From Adineta vaga (Eukaryota > Animalia > Rotifera), in the NCBI GenBank assembly GCA_021613535.1, contig CP075497.1, positions 13,330,001 through 13,394,000 of the forward strand: a stretch of 64,000 nt of DNA, written 5' to 3'. Below the pieces are notes generated by a model that was not told where the DNA came from, made no database searches, and saw only the letters and a list, made by a program, of their open reading frames with translations. This document shows, in pieces, positions 1 through 13,279 of this stretch (within the stretch, counting starts at the first letter, position 1; each line of letters starts with the position of its first letter). The position numbers were made by a program, and so were the translations under genes.

Positions 1-636
1 AGAATTATTCGTTAATGTATTGAAATTTCTTTCATAAACTGTGCTATTTATAGAAAATGATCTTCAATTTGTTCGCTACTACATAAATGAAAAATTATAC
101 TGTTAACTAGAGAATAGAAAGCGAAGTAAGAGATATTCATTATATCGAATGTATACATTGAAATCTTTATTGACAACGATAAAAAGCTTCTAGTGAACAT
201 AGGAAAAAATCTCACTTGCTAACTCATTTATTCTTGAATTGAATTACAGTTTCGTATGCTTCATTCTTTTCTCTTCGGCATCCGTCTTTACGCCTATATA
301 CTTCTTAAAGTTCATTCATATTGGACATCCTTAGTTGATACAAAGCAAGAAGGGGATGATTCAAAAATACTTTTGATCTAAAATCATCGCCTTTGAGATC
401 TTTTAGCGACTTAATTACAGTAGATGTAATTTCTATCATAATTGTCGTAAAAATATTCATATCAGTGTCAATTCTTTGAGATTCATTTAATCAATGCAAA
501 ATCAAATAGTGCATATAAATCTTGCAACAGCTGTGTTTCTGATTAGCAGTGAATAGTTACACTTCATACGACTTAATTAAATTAGTGAATCGATATCTTT
601 TCTCACTTATAAGTTAAGTTGAAGTATCATTACTAG

Positions 637-701
637 GAGGGTGTGGGTGTGGGTGAGGATACGAATGAAATTGATTCATTTATCCAACACCCAAACCCAC
701 A
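637..701. repeat. Telomere-like inverted hairpin element (copy 1)
   Basis: GAGGGTGTGGGTGTGGGTGAGGATACGAATGAA...TTCATTTATCCAACACCCAAACCCACA; the arms pair over about 27 nt, including the inner GGATA/TATCC. Confidence 0.85.
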
Positions 702-2559
702 TTCTACCATAGACCGATAAATAATGAGTTTAAAGAACTAATCATGAGTCAAAGTTTCAATCACACAAAGTTTCGACGATATGATACCAGTTATAGAATA
801 GCAAAATAATCTCGATGGATGTCAAGGTCAAAATTAAAATACGGGAATCTTTCAATCAGTGCACAATTGCTAAAAAAACAAATTCAGTCCGAAGAAAAAT
901 ACAAGCGTGTAGCAATAAGATAAAAACGATGTCTAATTATCTTTCTGTTTTGAGAGAAAAACTCTCCCGATTGCAAAAATTTGGATTTGGCAACCTTGAC
1001 CCACACCCTCATAGCTATCAAAATGTTCTATATATCAATTTGAATTTATATCACTTTCATTTAGGAAAACAAGAATTCGCTGCATTAGGTGCCTTCAAAG
1101 AACAGTATCAAAATTATTCATTTTTCATGGGATGATTGATTAACATGATATTTTCAAGCCTTTCGTTCTGACAGAGTAAAGTAAACGATTACAACTTTTG
1201 TCAGAAGTATTCATCTACCATATGATTGTTCAACATGGAAATGTAACACGATCTTGACATTCAAGATTATCATTATGTGAACGGAATGTTAAAGGCCGTT
1301 CCAATCGTTTAAATTCTACATGAGTTTTAATCTATTTGAGAACTTTTCAACATCGACGATGAAAACAGAAAATTGATGAATATCATCGTCTTAAGAACTA
1401 TTCGACAACCCTAAAGCTTCACTTTTTAGTTCGATGTGAACAAATTTTTATTTTGATGAATAAGCTTATGGAATAGAATGCTTGTGCCACATGTGGAAAG
1501 TGCCGTTCTAATTATTCATCTTTCTTCTAATCTGAAATCAACGGTTCAACATCAAACATTCGCTTTAAAGAAAAGCATAATAAATGATTAGACTATTGAC
1601 TGGTATTATTCACACCGTTCATAAAACATACGAACATTAATCAACTCTTCAATGGATCTATGGCAGAAACAGATAGACAGAATATATATACAAAGTCTAC
1701 CGGTGATTATGAGTATTTATTTAACTAACGATCATTAAAACTTTAGTTTTCTTCAATTCCTACTTTTAATAATATAAGATAAATGAACTAAATTATGTCG
1801 CCGATTTATCTTGGATGCGTAGTAGAAATAATTCATACGTTATGTAACCTTTGATCAACTTGATGACTCACCCTCAAGATGACGGATGAGTTGGACAAAT
1901 GAATAAATCAATGCAAAAAATGATGATCGATCGAACATTGTATCATCATTGAAAACCACATTTCCATCCAAATTTTACTCTACAAAATATGAAATAGTCG
2001 AATATCAAGATTGGAGCGCCACTGACAAGCAAAAATGGAGAAATCATCGTTATTCTGCAGTAACACAATGATCGATGCACATCACTAAATTTGACCTTCA
2101 TTTCGCGATCTTCATGGAAACTGAACAAAACACTGATAAAACTGCAACTCATTCATTTCTCATGCTTTTCGTAATTGATGAAATATATTCACTAAAGTTT
2201 CAAAGTGAAATCAAAATATATATGAACGCACTTATTGGGAACGTTTTAAAAGACGTTATTAACGTTCATACGTCGTGTGTCACTAAATAGTTAGAACAGA
2301 TGTATATATTGTGGTTGAAATAGTAGCAGTACTTGAATGAAGCTCTACTTCGCTCTGTTCCCTTAATATGTGATCATCCGTACATTATTCAATTTTTCAC
2401 ATAAGTTTTATCTTGATGGAAATAAACGACTATGACATTGATCATATGTATCCTCTTATTACACCGCTCACGACACTGCAATCAGACTATAAATTGTCTT
2501 TTAACATGACAACCATTATTGAATTTCTATTTGGTGCAACCTGTACTTGAACATTTCCA

Positions 2560-3375
2560 TGTGTGATGTGATGTTGGATGCGGTGAGCGAGTGGGAATGT
2601 TTGGTTCGAAGTGAGCAAAAGAGGTGAACAGAAGTGTCTTGATAAATGTTCGTGTGTGATGTGATGTTGTATGAGGTGAGCGAGTGGGAATGTTTGGTTC
2701 GAAGTGAGCAAAAGAGGTGAACAGAAGTGTCTTGATAAATGTTCGTGTGTGATGTGATGTTGTATGAGGTGAGCGAGTGGGAATGTTTGGTTCGAAGTGA
2801 GCAAAAGAGGTGAACAGAAGTGTGCTATAAAATGTTCGTGTGTGATGTGATGTTGTATGAGGTGAGCGAGTGGGAATGTTTGGTTCGAAGTGAGCAAAAG
2901 AGGTGAACAGAAGTGTCTTGATAAATGTTCGTGTGTGATGTGATGTTGTATGAGGTGAGCGAGTGGGAATGTTTGGTTCGAAGTGAGCAAAAGAGGTGAA
3001 CAGAAGTGTGCTATAAAATGTTCGTGTGTGATGTGATGTTGTATGAGGTGAGCGAGTGGGAATGTTTGGTTCGAAGTGAGCAAAAGAGGTGAACAGAAGT
3101 GTCTTGATAAATGTTCGTGTGTGATGTGATGTTGTATGAGGTGAGCGAGTGGGAATGTTTGGTTCGAAGTGAGCAAAAGAGGTGAACAGAAGTTTGGTAT
3201 AAAATGTTCGTGTGTGATGTGATGTTGGATGAGGTGAGCGAGTGGGAATGTTTGGTTCGAAGTGAGCAAAAGAGGTGAACAGAAGTGTGCTATAAAATGT
3301 TCGTGTGTGATGTGATGTTGGATGAGGTGAGCGAGTGGGAATGTTTGGTTCGAAGTGAGCGAAAGAGGTGAACAG
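2560..3375. repeat. Tandem array of a 93-bp unit, about 8.8 copies, G/T-rich on the + strand
   Basis: GAAGTGAGC recurs at 2608, 2701, 2794, 2887, 2980, 3073, 3166, 3259, 3352 (period 93); units nearly identical; explains the 31-aa repeat ORF 2487..3434(-). Confidence 0.97.
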
Positions 3376-3879
3376 GGCGGTGCATGTTTATGTGACAGTA
3401 ATGTGAGAGGATGAACGTTGGTTTCAGTGGACAAATCATAAACTACTTTTTTTTCCGTTTCCTAAGAATAAATTACTAGGTGGAATGCGTGACGCAAAAA
3501 ACGTGGCGTAAATCTTGATATTGATAACACTCATTTGAGCTGATGATACAGCGGTCGTAACAGTAAGGATGGAGGTAGGCACTGCGTATGGCGACACAGT
3601 GTGTCCTGTGTACACAGTAGGCGCCTACGGGCGGTTGGAAGGAGCGAAGCCCGGAAAGTTTTTAAAACAGTTTTTTTTTGAAAAAAACTGTCAATATTGC
3701 ATTCGAGAAGACGCACACGCTACTGTTTTTGGTATCGCAACTCCACTTTGTTTGGCGTCTGCAATTGTCGACAACCAAAAAGAAAAAAGGTCAACGGTTA
3801 GAGATAGTTTGTAGTTTATTGTTGCATCTTGGGCTTTTGAAAAAACAGAACATTATTCTACTTGGATCGGTTTTGCCTA

Positions 3880-4181
3880 AACTGTAAAAAATGAACGTAG
3901 AATATGGAATCCTTCAGAAGGTTTTACTAGTTAGTTATACCCTTTTACGCTTTATTATCTCTCTAAATCTTCCCATCAACCCATGAAGGGTATTTTCTAC
4001 GTTTCACTTTGATATAGACAATGCGTCTTCTATAGGTTATTTACTTCTGCAGTGTACATTGTTGACCGCATTTACGAAGGGTTTATGGAGATAATAAGGC
4101 GAAAAACGGTTTGTGAAAGGGTATAAGTAACTAATGAATCGTTTTACAGGTTTCTATATTCTACGTTTCTTTTTCACAGTG
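3880..4181. mobile_element. MITE with about 100-bp imperfect TIRs and TA flanks
   Basis: ta|aACTGTAAAAAATGAACGTAGAATATGGAA... versus ...TTCTATATTCTACGTTTCTTTTTCACAGTG|ta; inner arms also match (TTATACCCTTT/AAAGGGTATAA). Confidence 0.75.
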
Positions 4182-5095
4182 TATCTGATCGTGACAAGTC
4201 ATTAGGCCACTCTACATCAATTGATGGATCAATTCAACATACGTTGCAATCTACACATTGTCGATAAAAGCGTCGCTAACCCACGCATCCGCCGCCGAAA
4301 TGTGCAGAAACTAAACATGTAATCCGTTCACCTATGCGACCGCGGTATTGAACTGCACTCAATCACATGAATCGTTACACTAATTTTCTCTAACAAATGA
4401 TTTCATAAGATACGATTCTCCGCTTTTCTCATGTATCGAAGAATAATCTGAATAAAATAAGTCTTTCCTTCTGGAACATAACACTCACATAAAAGCATTT
4501 CAACAATCCAAACGCAATATGCAATCAATATCGAATAGACTCATATCCATCACTCCTCTGCAACTAAACGAAATGAAACTGACCTACCTTACCACTCGTC
4601 CTTCATATCAACGCTGACCTCACCATACCAACAAGCATCCTTCTCAAGTCATAAAAATCATTCAGTCCACTACCGTCTGTAACTTCACAGCTCACTTTTC
4701 CATATTAAAACACAACAACCACACTCACCCCAACATACACAAAACAAAAAAAACGACGCTTTCTGTGCCGTGCAATTGAAAGCACAAAACAACGATCGAT
4801 CGCACATACCCCCCCTCCCCAAATATCTGCAAATGCTTATCCGAACAGATAATTATGGCATACCAAAAACCACCCACACAAAACTCACACATCGACGCCA
4901 TATCACTAAGATACAAATATACTCTAAAAAAATCACCACCATTCAACAACGAAATGACAATCGGAACAACTCTTCGACGATAAATGCACATATTAAACTC
5001 GCTCAAATCAACTCTGTGCATTGAAGCTAAACATTCTATACAACAACTCAAACCGCACCGACACTACATGAGCTCACGCATCATCATACCCGATC

Positions 5096-5210
5096 ATTCC
5101 TTATAATACTTCTGTTCACCTCTTTTGCTCACTTCGAACCAAACATTCCCACTCACTCATCTCATCCAATATCACATCACACACGAACATTCCTTAGCAC
5201 TATTCTGTTC
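5096..5210 (-). repeat. Single inverted copy of the 93-bp tandem unit
   Basis: CTTCTGTTCACCTCTTTTGCTCACTTCGAACCAAACATTCCCACTC...ATCACATCACACACGAACATT is the reverse complement of the 2560-3375 unit. Confidence 0.93.
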
Positions 5211-5640
5211 GCTATTTCGAAGCGGTTAGTTTCGGATTATCTGGATGTTTATTCGACAGAGAGTCCAAGTGTTAGAATGAGGTTTTAGAAATATATGTTG
5301 GTGTCTGTCGATCTTGTAGGGAATATGAATCTGATATTTATGGCGTTTCTGATTAGTCATTATTGGTGTTCAGAGCTCACTGATTCAACGTCGCTAAGTT
5401 ACAATAAATGTTCAAGTTGTGAATAAATTGACTGAGATTTGTTCAGGATGTTTCGTTTATGAAATAATATGGAACTTTGTAATCACATGGCTGAGACTTG
5501 AAGAGGGCTTAGTTTTGATTATCTTGGAGGTCGTACGTCGGGCTCGACATAATTGCAGTCGGTCTACGCCTGATATACATGTATTTCGGTTTGGGTTGTC
5601 TTTATGTCCAAGTTTGTTGATATTTAGTAGAATGAAATTA

Positions 5641-5692
5641 TGTGAGTGTGGGTGGTAAAAATATGATGTAAACGCACACCCATACCCTCAAG
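5641..5692. repeat. Telomere-like inverted hairpin element (copy 2)
   Basis: TGTGAGTGTGGGTGG...CGCACACCCATACCCTCAAG. Confidence 0.75.
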
Positions 5693-5845
5693 AATGTCAC
5701 GGAAGACATGCATACAAATGTTGATAATTGACAATCGAGTTTAATACTAGATTTGATTCTTTTAGATGCTTCATGTAGTTAGTAACATTTTTTTGTCTTA
5801 TTTTTTAGTTTAAATTATATTTCTATTTATCACAATTAAAGGATC

Positions 5846-7058
5846 ATGTTATTATCAACAGATAATATTTCTATAACAAATGAGAAGTATAATTATTAAT
5901 CGAAGAATATTATTTCTATTTATTTTAGTCGTTCAAGAAACGAGTATTAGTATAGATCTATCGTTGTCAATAGAAACAGATAGAGCTATTCCTGTTCATA
6001 TGTAGCTTGTTTTTGTTCGAATAGGTAATTTAATTGAATAGAATTTCTTTCAAATACTCCTCTTACCTTTATGTATATAGATGAAATTGATACATTAAAT
6101 GAAAAGTATCAACAGCCTATGCATCAAATGAATCACGTTGGGTAATTTCATCGAATGAATTATGAATTATTTTCTCTTGTTTCAATCGATGATCAAAATC
6201 GTTTATTAAATGGAAAACCGATGGTAATTGAAAAATATTCGGAATTTCATCGTCATCCACAAATTTATATTAAAAATAGTTTAAGTGATTTATAAGAAAA
6301 AATAAAATATAGTGCAAAAAGAAATATTTATGATAATCAAATTTATATTTATGAACATCGTATTATCAAAGGATTATTTTGGGAAAAATTAGAATTACAT
6401 CATTTTCCACATGATATTCAAGATTTATCATTATCAATTACTTCAACATTATATCATGATAAAGTTTTGTTCTATATCCTGATCCATATAATTTAAGTGG
6501 AGTTAATCTTGAAGCATTTGTTGATCAACAAGAATGGTTTTTATATGAACATGTTGATTTTGAATAAAGATTTATTAAAGATTTTCTTTTTCTTATCGAT
6601 AATAATAATAATGATGATCATCAAGATATTAACTATCAAATAAATACAGAAGAACCAAAACGTTAAGTTTTAACTGTTACATGTCATTCTTGAATTGTTA
6701 TCTTCTCTCTTTTAAATTATATGACTTATCACTGTTGTTTCTCTTTTCATAGCACGTCAATCGGAATATTTTCTCTTTCTCAGAGTGGCAATTAATCCAC
6801 TTCAAGTATGATGTACACTTCTTTTAACATCAGTTACATTTCGATGGACAGTTAGTCGATCACGTTCCCAGGCAGACATATTCCTTAAATGCTGAAAAAA
6901 AAAGAGCTCTTATTCTTTAAGAAAGGAACAATCAGTAGTTTTCTTGTTTTACATAGTGTTGTTGTCATCTGGTTCTTTTCTATTCCGTACAAACATCGTA
7001 AAGAAATGCAAGTAAAAGATGACAAATATCGAACATTATACTATTTGAAATGGTAAAT
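5846..7058 (+). pseudogene. Cys-less pentameric ligand-gated ion channel-like pseudogene
   Basis: Manual translation gives EIDTLNEKYQ, KGLFWEKLELHHFPHDIQDLSLSI and SGVNLEAFVDQQEWFLYEHV (LGIC extracellular-domain motifs); several stops/frameshifts; short introns. Confidence 0.7.
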
Positions 7059-7312
7059 AATAGAAATCATTAATCTTCAAAACTTATAAACAAGAAAAAT
7101 TCAGAATTCTCAGTCTTTTTACTAAAGAACATATGATTTCTTCTACAGTAAACAACAATTATAGTCCTAACAATGCAACGTCATAACATTGCAAAAAGAT
7201 ATCGAATGTATTAAAATATATTATCTGATGAAAGGATGATTCTTGCATGCTTATATAGAATAAAAAAATGATCAAAAAAATCTCTGGAATGATTTATGAT
7301 ATTTTGTTGAAA

Positions 7313-7790
7313 TCAATTAACATTATGTAGAGCATTAACAGCTTTCCCAACGGTTTTTTTAATTATTATGTGTATTGCTGCTTTTATTGCTTTTCGTCCT
7401 ATTTTATTTAAACCGTTAGTTTTTTCATCAGTAAGTGGATCAACTTCAGTTATAATCTCTTGAACATGTTGATGTTTAACTTCATTCGATGTTATATTAT
7501 GAATCGCTTGTTTATTCACTTGTTTTTCATTTTTTTTCTGGATAATTTTTTATGTATAAACCTTTAAAAGCTTCTGGAGATGCTTTATGCATTACATGTA
7601 CAATATGATCTTTTTGTGCCTAAATAATTCAAACAATCATTGTTCATTGGATAAAAGAATAAAATATTTATAATCTAATCAAAATTACCTGATAATTTCT
7701 TGGAATTTTTGCTATTCATTCTTTAACGAAATAGTTGACACGTTCAGTCACTTCCTCTATAACACGTGTATCTGCGAAGACGTTTCTCAT
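7313..7790 (-). pseudogene. Small helical protein gene remnant, unknown family
   Basis: ATG at 7790 (MRNVFADTRVIEEVTERVNYF), a GT-AG intron near 7620-7688, in-frame stops; 3' part is ORF 7313..7519. Confidence 0.35.
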
Positions 7791-8025
7791 TTGATTTGAT
7801 TTTGTACTAATAATATAAAAAAATACTTGATTATACACAGAATCTCAATTGCGTCTACTTAATTTTTTCTTTCTTTCGATTATTATATAGACGTAGAAGA
7901 ATTCCAACTGAGGTCAATTATACCAAAGGAAGTGACATCATTTGTTGGTATTTATTTCTATGAAGAGTTAGTTAATATATGTGATTGAAGTTCTTTACGT
8001 CTAATTCTTTAAAAGTTGATCAATA

Positions 8026-8780
8026 ATGGCAAGTTCGTCGTTACCATTCAGTGATTTTTATGAAGCTTGTCGTGATAATAATATTGATTTAGTTAAATCA
8101 TTTATTGAAACAATGACATCTGATGAAATCAAAAGATTATTTTATCGTCAATATTCTTCAAATCGTTTTGTAGGAAATCTAAATGATACGCTTGAATGGA
8201 TACGAATTGGTAAACATATTGAAAGAGAAGCAAAAATGATTCGAAAAATATTAAAATTCTTATTGAAATGATCGATTTAGGTTATTATAAATATATTGAA
8301 AAAATTCAATGGTATTTTGATGAAACTAATAAAACAAATCATCCGAAATATATTTTACAAGCTTATATAGAAGATACAGAATTTTTATAAACGATTAAAT
8401 CGAAAATTAGCAAATGTTCATCAATTAAATTCAAATGAAGAAAATCAAAATCTATTATTAGATTTTCTTCATCTTATTTGTTCTCATCCTAGTTTTCAAC
8501 AATATCAATTTCAAACGTTAGATATATTGCTGAAGATTTTGCTACAGAAACGGAAGTAAATGCTGATAAGAATATAATAATGAAAAAATCATACAGTATT
8601 AAATATTGAAGAATTATCAAAGTTTCCTCGTGAACAAGAAGTTCATTTGATATCTTATTCAGCTTTTGAAGTTATCCATATTCAAGAAATTCAAAGTCAT
8701 TCTGGAAATTTAACTCAAATTGAATTATGTCAATGTAAATCAAATTTTCAAGCTTATGCAGCACTCGCTGCTGGTGGAGG
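8026..8780 (+). pseudogene. Ankyrin-N-terminal / ADP-ribosyltransferase pseudogene
   Basis: SDFYEACRDNNIDLVK (ankyrin-like start), AYIEDTEFYKRLNRKLA, INIEELSKFPREQEV (ART ExE loop); internal deletions and frameshifts. Confidence 0.7.
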
Positions 8781-8826
8781 AGGGTGTGGATGCGGTTAGT
8801 TCTTACTGTATCTTCACCCTACACAT
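8780..8826. repeat. Telomere-like inverted hairpin element (copy 3)
   Basis: GAGGGTGTGGATGCGG...CTTCACCCTACACAT, abutting the end of the ART pseudogene. Confidence 0.65.
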
Positions 8827-9845
8827 AATAAATAAAATCATCAATATATTTTTCTTTCTTCCATTAAAAAAAACAAAGAGTAAAAGTATAACGGTGAATC
8901 GGTCACAATTATAAAATAATCATGTAAGATCTTGTCCAATTGATCATACATACTTTACTGTCTGTAATTTTTAGAATATAAAAGTTCTTCAATCGTATAT
9001 TCTCAACCTATGGATTAGTACTGTGAACAATATATACGGTCTAACCAGACTATGTCACATTGCTTCTGTCAAATTTATAGTTGCTTAACATCTGCATGAC
9101 TATATTCAATTATTATTGACCTGGAACTTTCAAATATGAAATGATTAAAAAAAGTTAGATTATAATGAGAGAATGATAAAAATAGCTTTCATGATATATC
9201 TCTGTTTTGCACTAAAGAATGTTTTGTTTCTTACCGTAAAGTTAGAAACCATGCAAGCTTTTTTAAATTCGTTTATCAATCATCATATGATCCATTTTAC
9301 ATTATTTTATTCATCCTCATTTCTTTCTCTTCATTGATTCTAATTAATTGTTTATAAGAAAATAAAATGTCATCAATCCGAACACAATCTTTGTGTTATA
9401 GTTTTACAATGCTTCAATGTTGTCAGTCACTTTTATAATAAGATTATGTTGACAAGCATTATCATTAAAAGTATAACCTGTAAACAAAACAAAAAAGGTT
9501 TTTCTTACTGATAATTACTCTATTTAATAAATTGCCTTCCAGATATCTTTTCTCTACTAATATATATTTTGACAAAAAAAATATGACAGAAATCACATGA
9601 GAACTTCTTTCTGCGTATAGTTGTCATGTAATCTTTCAAAATATTTCTATTTCGTTTATATCGGATGAGTATCAATATTCAATCGTCTTTAATATATACG
9701 AGCTTTTTCTAAATAAAAGATAAACCATGTATTTTAAGATTCTATCCATAGGAATAATTAATGTTAATAATAAGAAACAAGGTATTCTTCTTTCTCTTCT
9801 AAATATCAATAGCTATACACGTTTATATTTTGGTTGAAAAAACAA

Positions 9846-10823
9846 ATGGTTGGTATCAATGATTTCAATGAAGATACATCTTCATTTCATACAGTTGAAA
9901 TTTCAATATCTCGTCCAATTCGTTTTTGGCTTCTTCTATTATTAGATATTCCATCTATTTCTTGTACTATTTTTATACTTTATCATTTATTTATTGATCG
10001 AAGTTTAAGAAATCAATTAAATAATCATAGTATAATTATTTTACTTATTTTTGGATTAACAATTGAATTAATTGATATTCCATTAAATCTTAATTTTATT
10101 TCTAATTCAGGTATTGTTAAACCATCAAATTCATTTTTATGTCGTAGTTGGTGGATGATTGATGTTGGTTTTTATAATGGAATTACAATAATAATGTCAT
10201 GGAGTGCTTTTGAACGACATATTCTTGTATTTCATGATCAATGGATATCAACAAGACGAAAACGTTTTCTTATTCATTATCTTCCATTAATTCTTCTTTT
10301 ATTTTATATAAATATATTTTATTTTATTGTTATATTCTTTCCACAATGTAATAATATATATAATTATACATTACCTGTATGTAATAATTTCCCATGTTAT
10401 TTAAATGATCCTTTTCTTGGTAAATGGGATTCTTTAATAAATAGTATTTTACCAACAATATTAATTTGTTTTTTTATTATTACATTAATTTATCGTGTTT
10501 ATAGACAAAAACGTCGTCTTCATCAACCAATTCGATGGCGTAAACAACGTAAACTTATTATTCAATTAGTTCCGATTTCAATTCTATATCTTATTGTAAA
10601 TATTCCTCTTAATTTACTTATTTTTGTTCATTTATGTGGTTTATCAAAACAAATAGCTGGTGATATTCAACTTTATTTTGATTTCTTATGTTATTTACTC
10701 ATTCTTATTTTTCCATTTTTCAATCTTACTTCATTATCAGAAATACGTAAAAAAACAAAACTACAACAATTATTTTCATTGAGATCACAACGACGAATAG
10801 CGATAACTACGGCACATACATAA
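9846..10823 (+). CDS. Class A (rhodopsin-like) orphan GPCR, intronless
   Basis: Seven hydrophobic segments, MSWSAFERHILVFH (TM3 ERH), Cys in extracellular loops, basic ICL3; first ATG at 9846. Confidence 0.9.
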   Translation: MVGINDFNEDTSSFHTVEISISRPIRFWLLLLLDIPSISCTIFILYHLFIDRSLRNQLNNHSIIILLIFGLTIELIDIPLNLNFISNSGIVKPSNSFLCRSWWMIDVGFYNGITIIMSWSAFERHILVFHDQWISTRRKRFLIHYLPLILLLFYINIFYFIVIFFPQCNNIYNYTLPVCNNFPCYLNDPFLGKWDSLINSILPTILICFFIITLIYRVYRQKRRLHQPIRWRKQRKLIIQLVPISILYLIVNIPLNLLIFVHLCGLSKQIAGDIQLYFDFLCYLLILIFPFFNLTSLSEIRKKTKLQQLFSLRSQRRIAITTAHT

Positions 10824-10978
10824 ATAATATGAAGGATCAATATGACTCCATCTATATCTCTACGTCCTATACAATCGAAAAAGAAAAAAAATATGTTTTT
10901 ATTTTTATTATAAGAAAATAAAATTCATTCACAATAACATAGAACGATTTTTTCTATTTGGGTCAAAAAAACCTTGAA

Positions 10979-11020
10979 GAGGATGAGGGTGTTGTTGTTC
11001 TCTTCACCTATACTCTCATG
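10979..11020. repeat. Telomere-like inverted hairpin element (copy 4)
   Basis: GAGGATGAGGGTG...TTCACCTATACTCTCATG, between GPCR and PLD. Confidence 0.6.
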
Positions 11021-11161
11021 CACAACTACGCCCTTATTTACATTTCTATTTCTTACACAATTGCTTTCTATACACATATGCACATTGATAATTATCCTTG
11101 AGAGAAAATATGAAAAAGTACATAATATAATTGTGAATAAGGCGTAATCATAATTATAATA

Positions 11162-13123
11162 ATGAAAAGAAATAATGATCAAACCGTCACATCTTTATAT
11201 ACAAATAGTCATTCATCGATAACATGTCCAGAAGATGTTATTAAATCTCAATTTTCCAATGGATATCATCATCATCGTTTACAATATAAAATAAAATCAA
11301 AATTTTGTCGTTATGAAATAACACAAAAAGAACTCGATATTGCTGCTGAATTTGGTCAATTTTCTCATCGTCCGAGTGATCTTTTTCTTAAAGTAAATCG
11401 AGAATAAATCTTTTCTATAAAATAAAAAATGATTCATTTCTAGATATTCTATAATGTAATATGTACACTTGAATATAATCCATTAGTTGGTTGTGTATCT
11501 CCATCATTAATTGGTTCATCAGGAATAATTCCTCTAACAATTATTTCAACTATTCCCGATATTATGCATCATTATTATCATGTTATTATCAATGCTCAAA
11601 AGGAAATCTTATTTACAACAATGTATTGGGAAAAAAGTGAAAGTTCAAATGTTATTTGTCAAGCTTTTTATGAATTAAATAAACGTGCAGGTAATGAAAA
11701 TCGTCATATTATTATTAAACTTATGATTGATCATCCAAAATTCTCAAATATTATTCAATATCATTCTATTCTTCCATCAAATAAATGGTCTTATTATGAT
11801 CTTCCAGATCCTAAACAAATTCCAAATCTTTCTCTTGAAGTTCATAATTATCATCATTTTATTATGGGAACATTTCATACAAAATTTCTTATTATTGATC
11901 GAAAACTTGTTCTTTTAAATAGTAATAATATTCAAGATCGTCCAAATCTTGAAATGATGATACAATATCAAGGTGAAATTGTTAATTCATTTTATGATAC
12001 ATTTCTCATATCATGGTCAATTCCTTTTCAACCAAATCTTGTTTGTTTAAATGATAAATCATTTATTGAACAAACACAATTTAAACATCTTGAAAAAGGA
12101 ATTCATTCTCAAATATTCTTATCTAATCATCATATGAATTTATCGATAACTAAAAATCAAAATAAATCTACAATTATCGATCGAACACTTGATTTCTATC
12201 GATCTTCAAAATTATTAAATTTATCTATTAGATCATCAGATAAAAATCTTCCACTACAACCAATTTTAACAGAACATTTTAATAAATCTTCAAAATTTAT
12301 TTCCATTGATAAAAATCTTTCAATTGAACAAATAGAAAACTTAACATTTGAATTTACTCCATTTATTTTTCATCATTCACATCAACCATTTCCAATTGCA
12401 TTAGTAAGTCGTTTAGCTCATGGTACACCTGCTCATAATAGTAAACACAATCCACAAAATATGGCTTGGATAAGTGCCTTTAAATATGCACAAAGATCGA
12501 TTTTTATTCAAACACCAACATTAAATGCATCACCAGCAATTAAAGGAATTATTGATGCATGTAAACGTGGAATTAAAGTTATATTATGGGTTGGATGGGG
12601 TTTTAATGATTTGAAAGAAGGTCGAGGAACATTACAAGGTGGAACAAATGAACAAGTTATTAAAAAATTATATAAAATACTTAAGAAAACTAAAAATAGA
12701 AAAGAACAAAATCTTGAAGTATTTTGGTATGTAGCGAAAGGTTTGTTTAAATTTTAAATCGTTTGATTTTATCTTGAAAAATATCAAAGTGTTTTTTTTC
12801 TTCTTTTCTTTTCAAGATCAAACACGTCCAATACATTTCTTAGAAAAGAAACGAAATTGTCATATTAAATTTATGTCAATTGATGATCAAATTGCTATTC
12901 TTGGAAATGCAAATATGGATAGTTTATCTTGGTTTCATTCACAAGTATTTTAAATAAAATATTTGATTTTTCAACTTTATTATATATTATATAGGAAATT
13001 AATACAATGATTGATTCACCTGAAATTGTTCAAGAGTGGATCAATACTTTATATAAAAATCAATCAACAACTATTTATGGAAAATTAAATACTGATGGAA
13101 TATGGTGTGATAGGAATGAATAA
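11162..13123 (+). CDS. Phospholipase D-superfamily protein with two HKD motifs (fungal-type, HGT candidate); 4 exons
   Basis: Exons 11162-11392, 11444-12740, 12817-12944, 12995-13123 join in frame at GT-AG sites; HTKFLIID...SNN and HIKFMSIDD...GNANMD motifs. Confidence 0.88.
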
Positions 13124-13231
13124 TTAGAAAATTAAAATATTTTTTAATTTTGCGAAATAATATTTGATTATCGTTTTACTTTTTATAAAAAATTCGAAGT
13201 CAAATACAATTTATTAAGGAAATGAAGCTCA

Positions 13232-13279
13232 GGGGTGAGGGTGAGGGTGTGAATTAAAGTCAATGGAAACCCACACCCT
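13232..13279. repeat. Telomere-like inverted hairpin element (copy 5)
   Basis: GGGGTGAGGGTGAGGGTGTG...ACCCACACCCT, about 110 bp after the PLD stop. Confidence 0.85.

Noticed and set aside
815-2460. ORFs 815..1135, 1946..2152, 2075..2290
   Set aside because: No recognisable motifs; probably decayed gene fragments that I cannot assign
2560-3375. Possible CRISPR array
   Set aside because: Whole 93-bp units are near-identical with no unique spacers; no cas genes; eukaryotic context
3540-3562. Hammerhead ribozyme core (CTGATGA)
   Set aside because: No convincing stem II followed by GAAA, and no stems I/III found by eye
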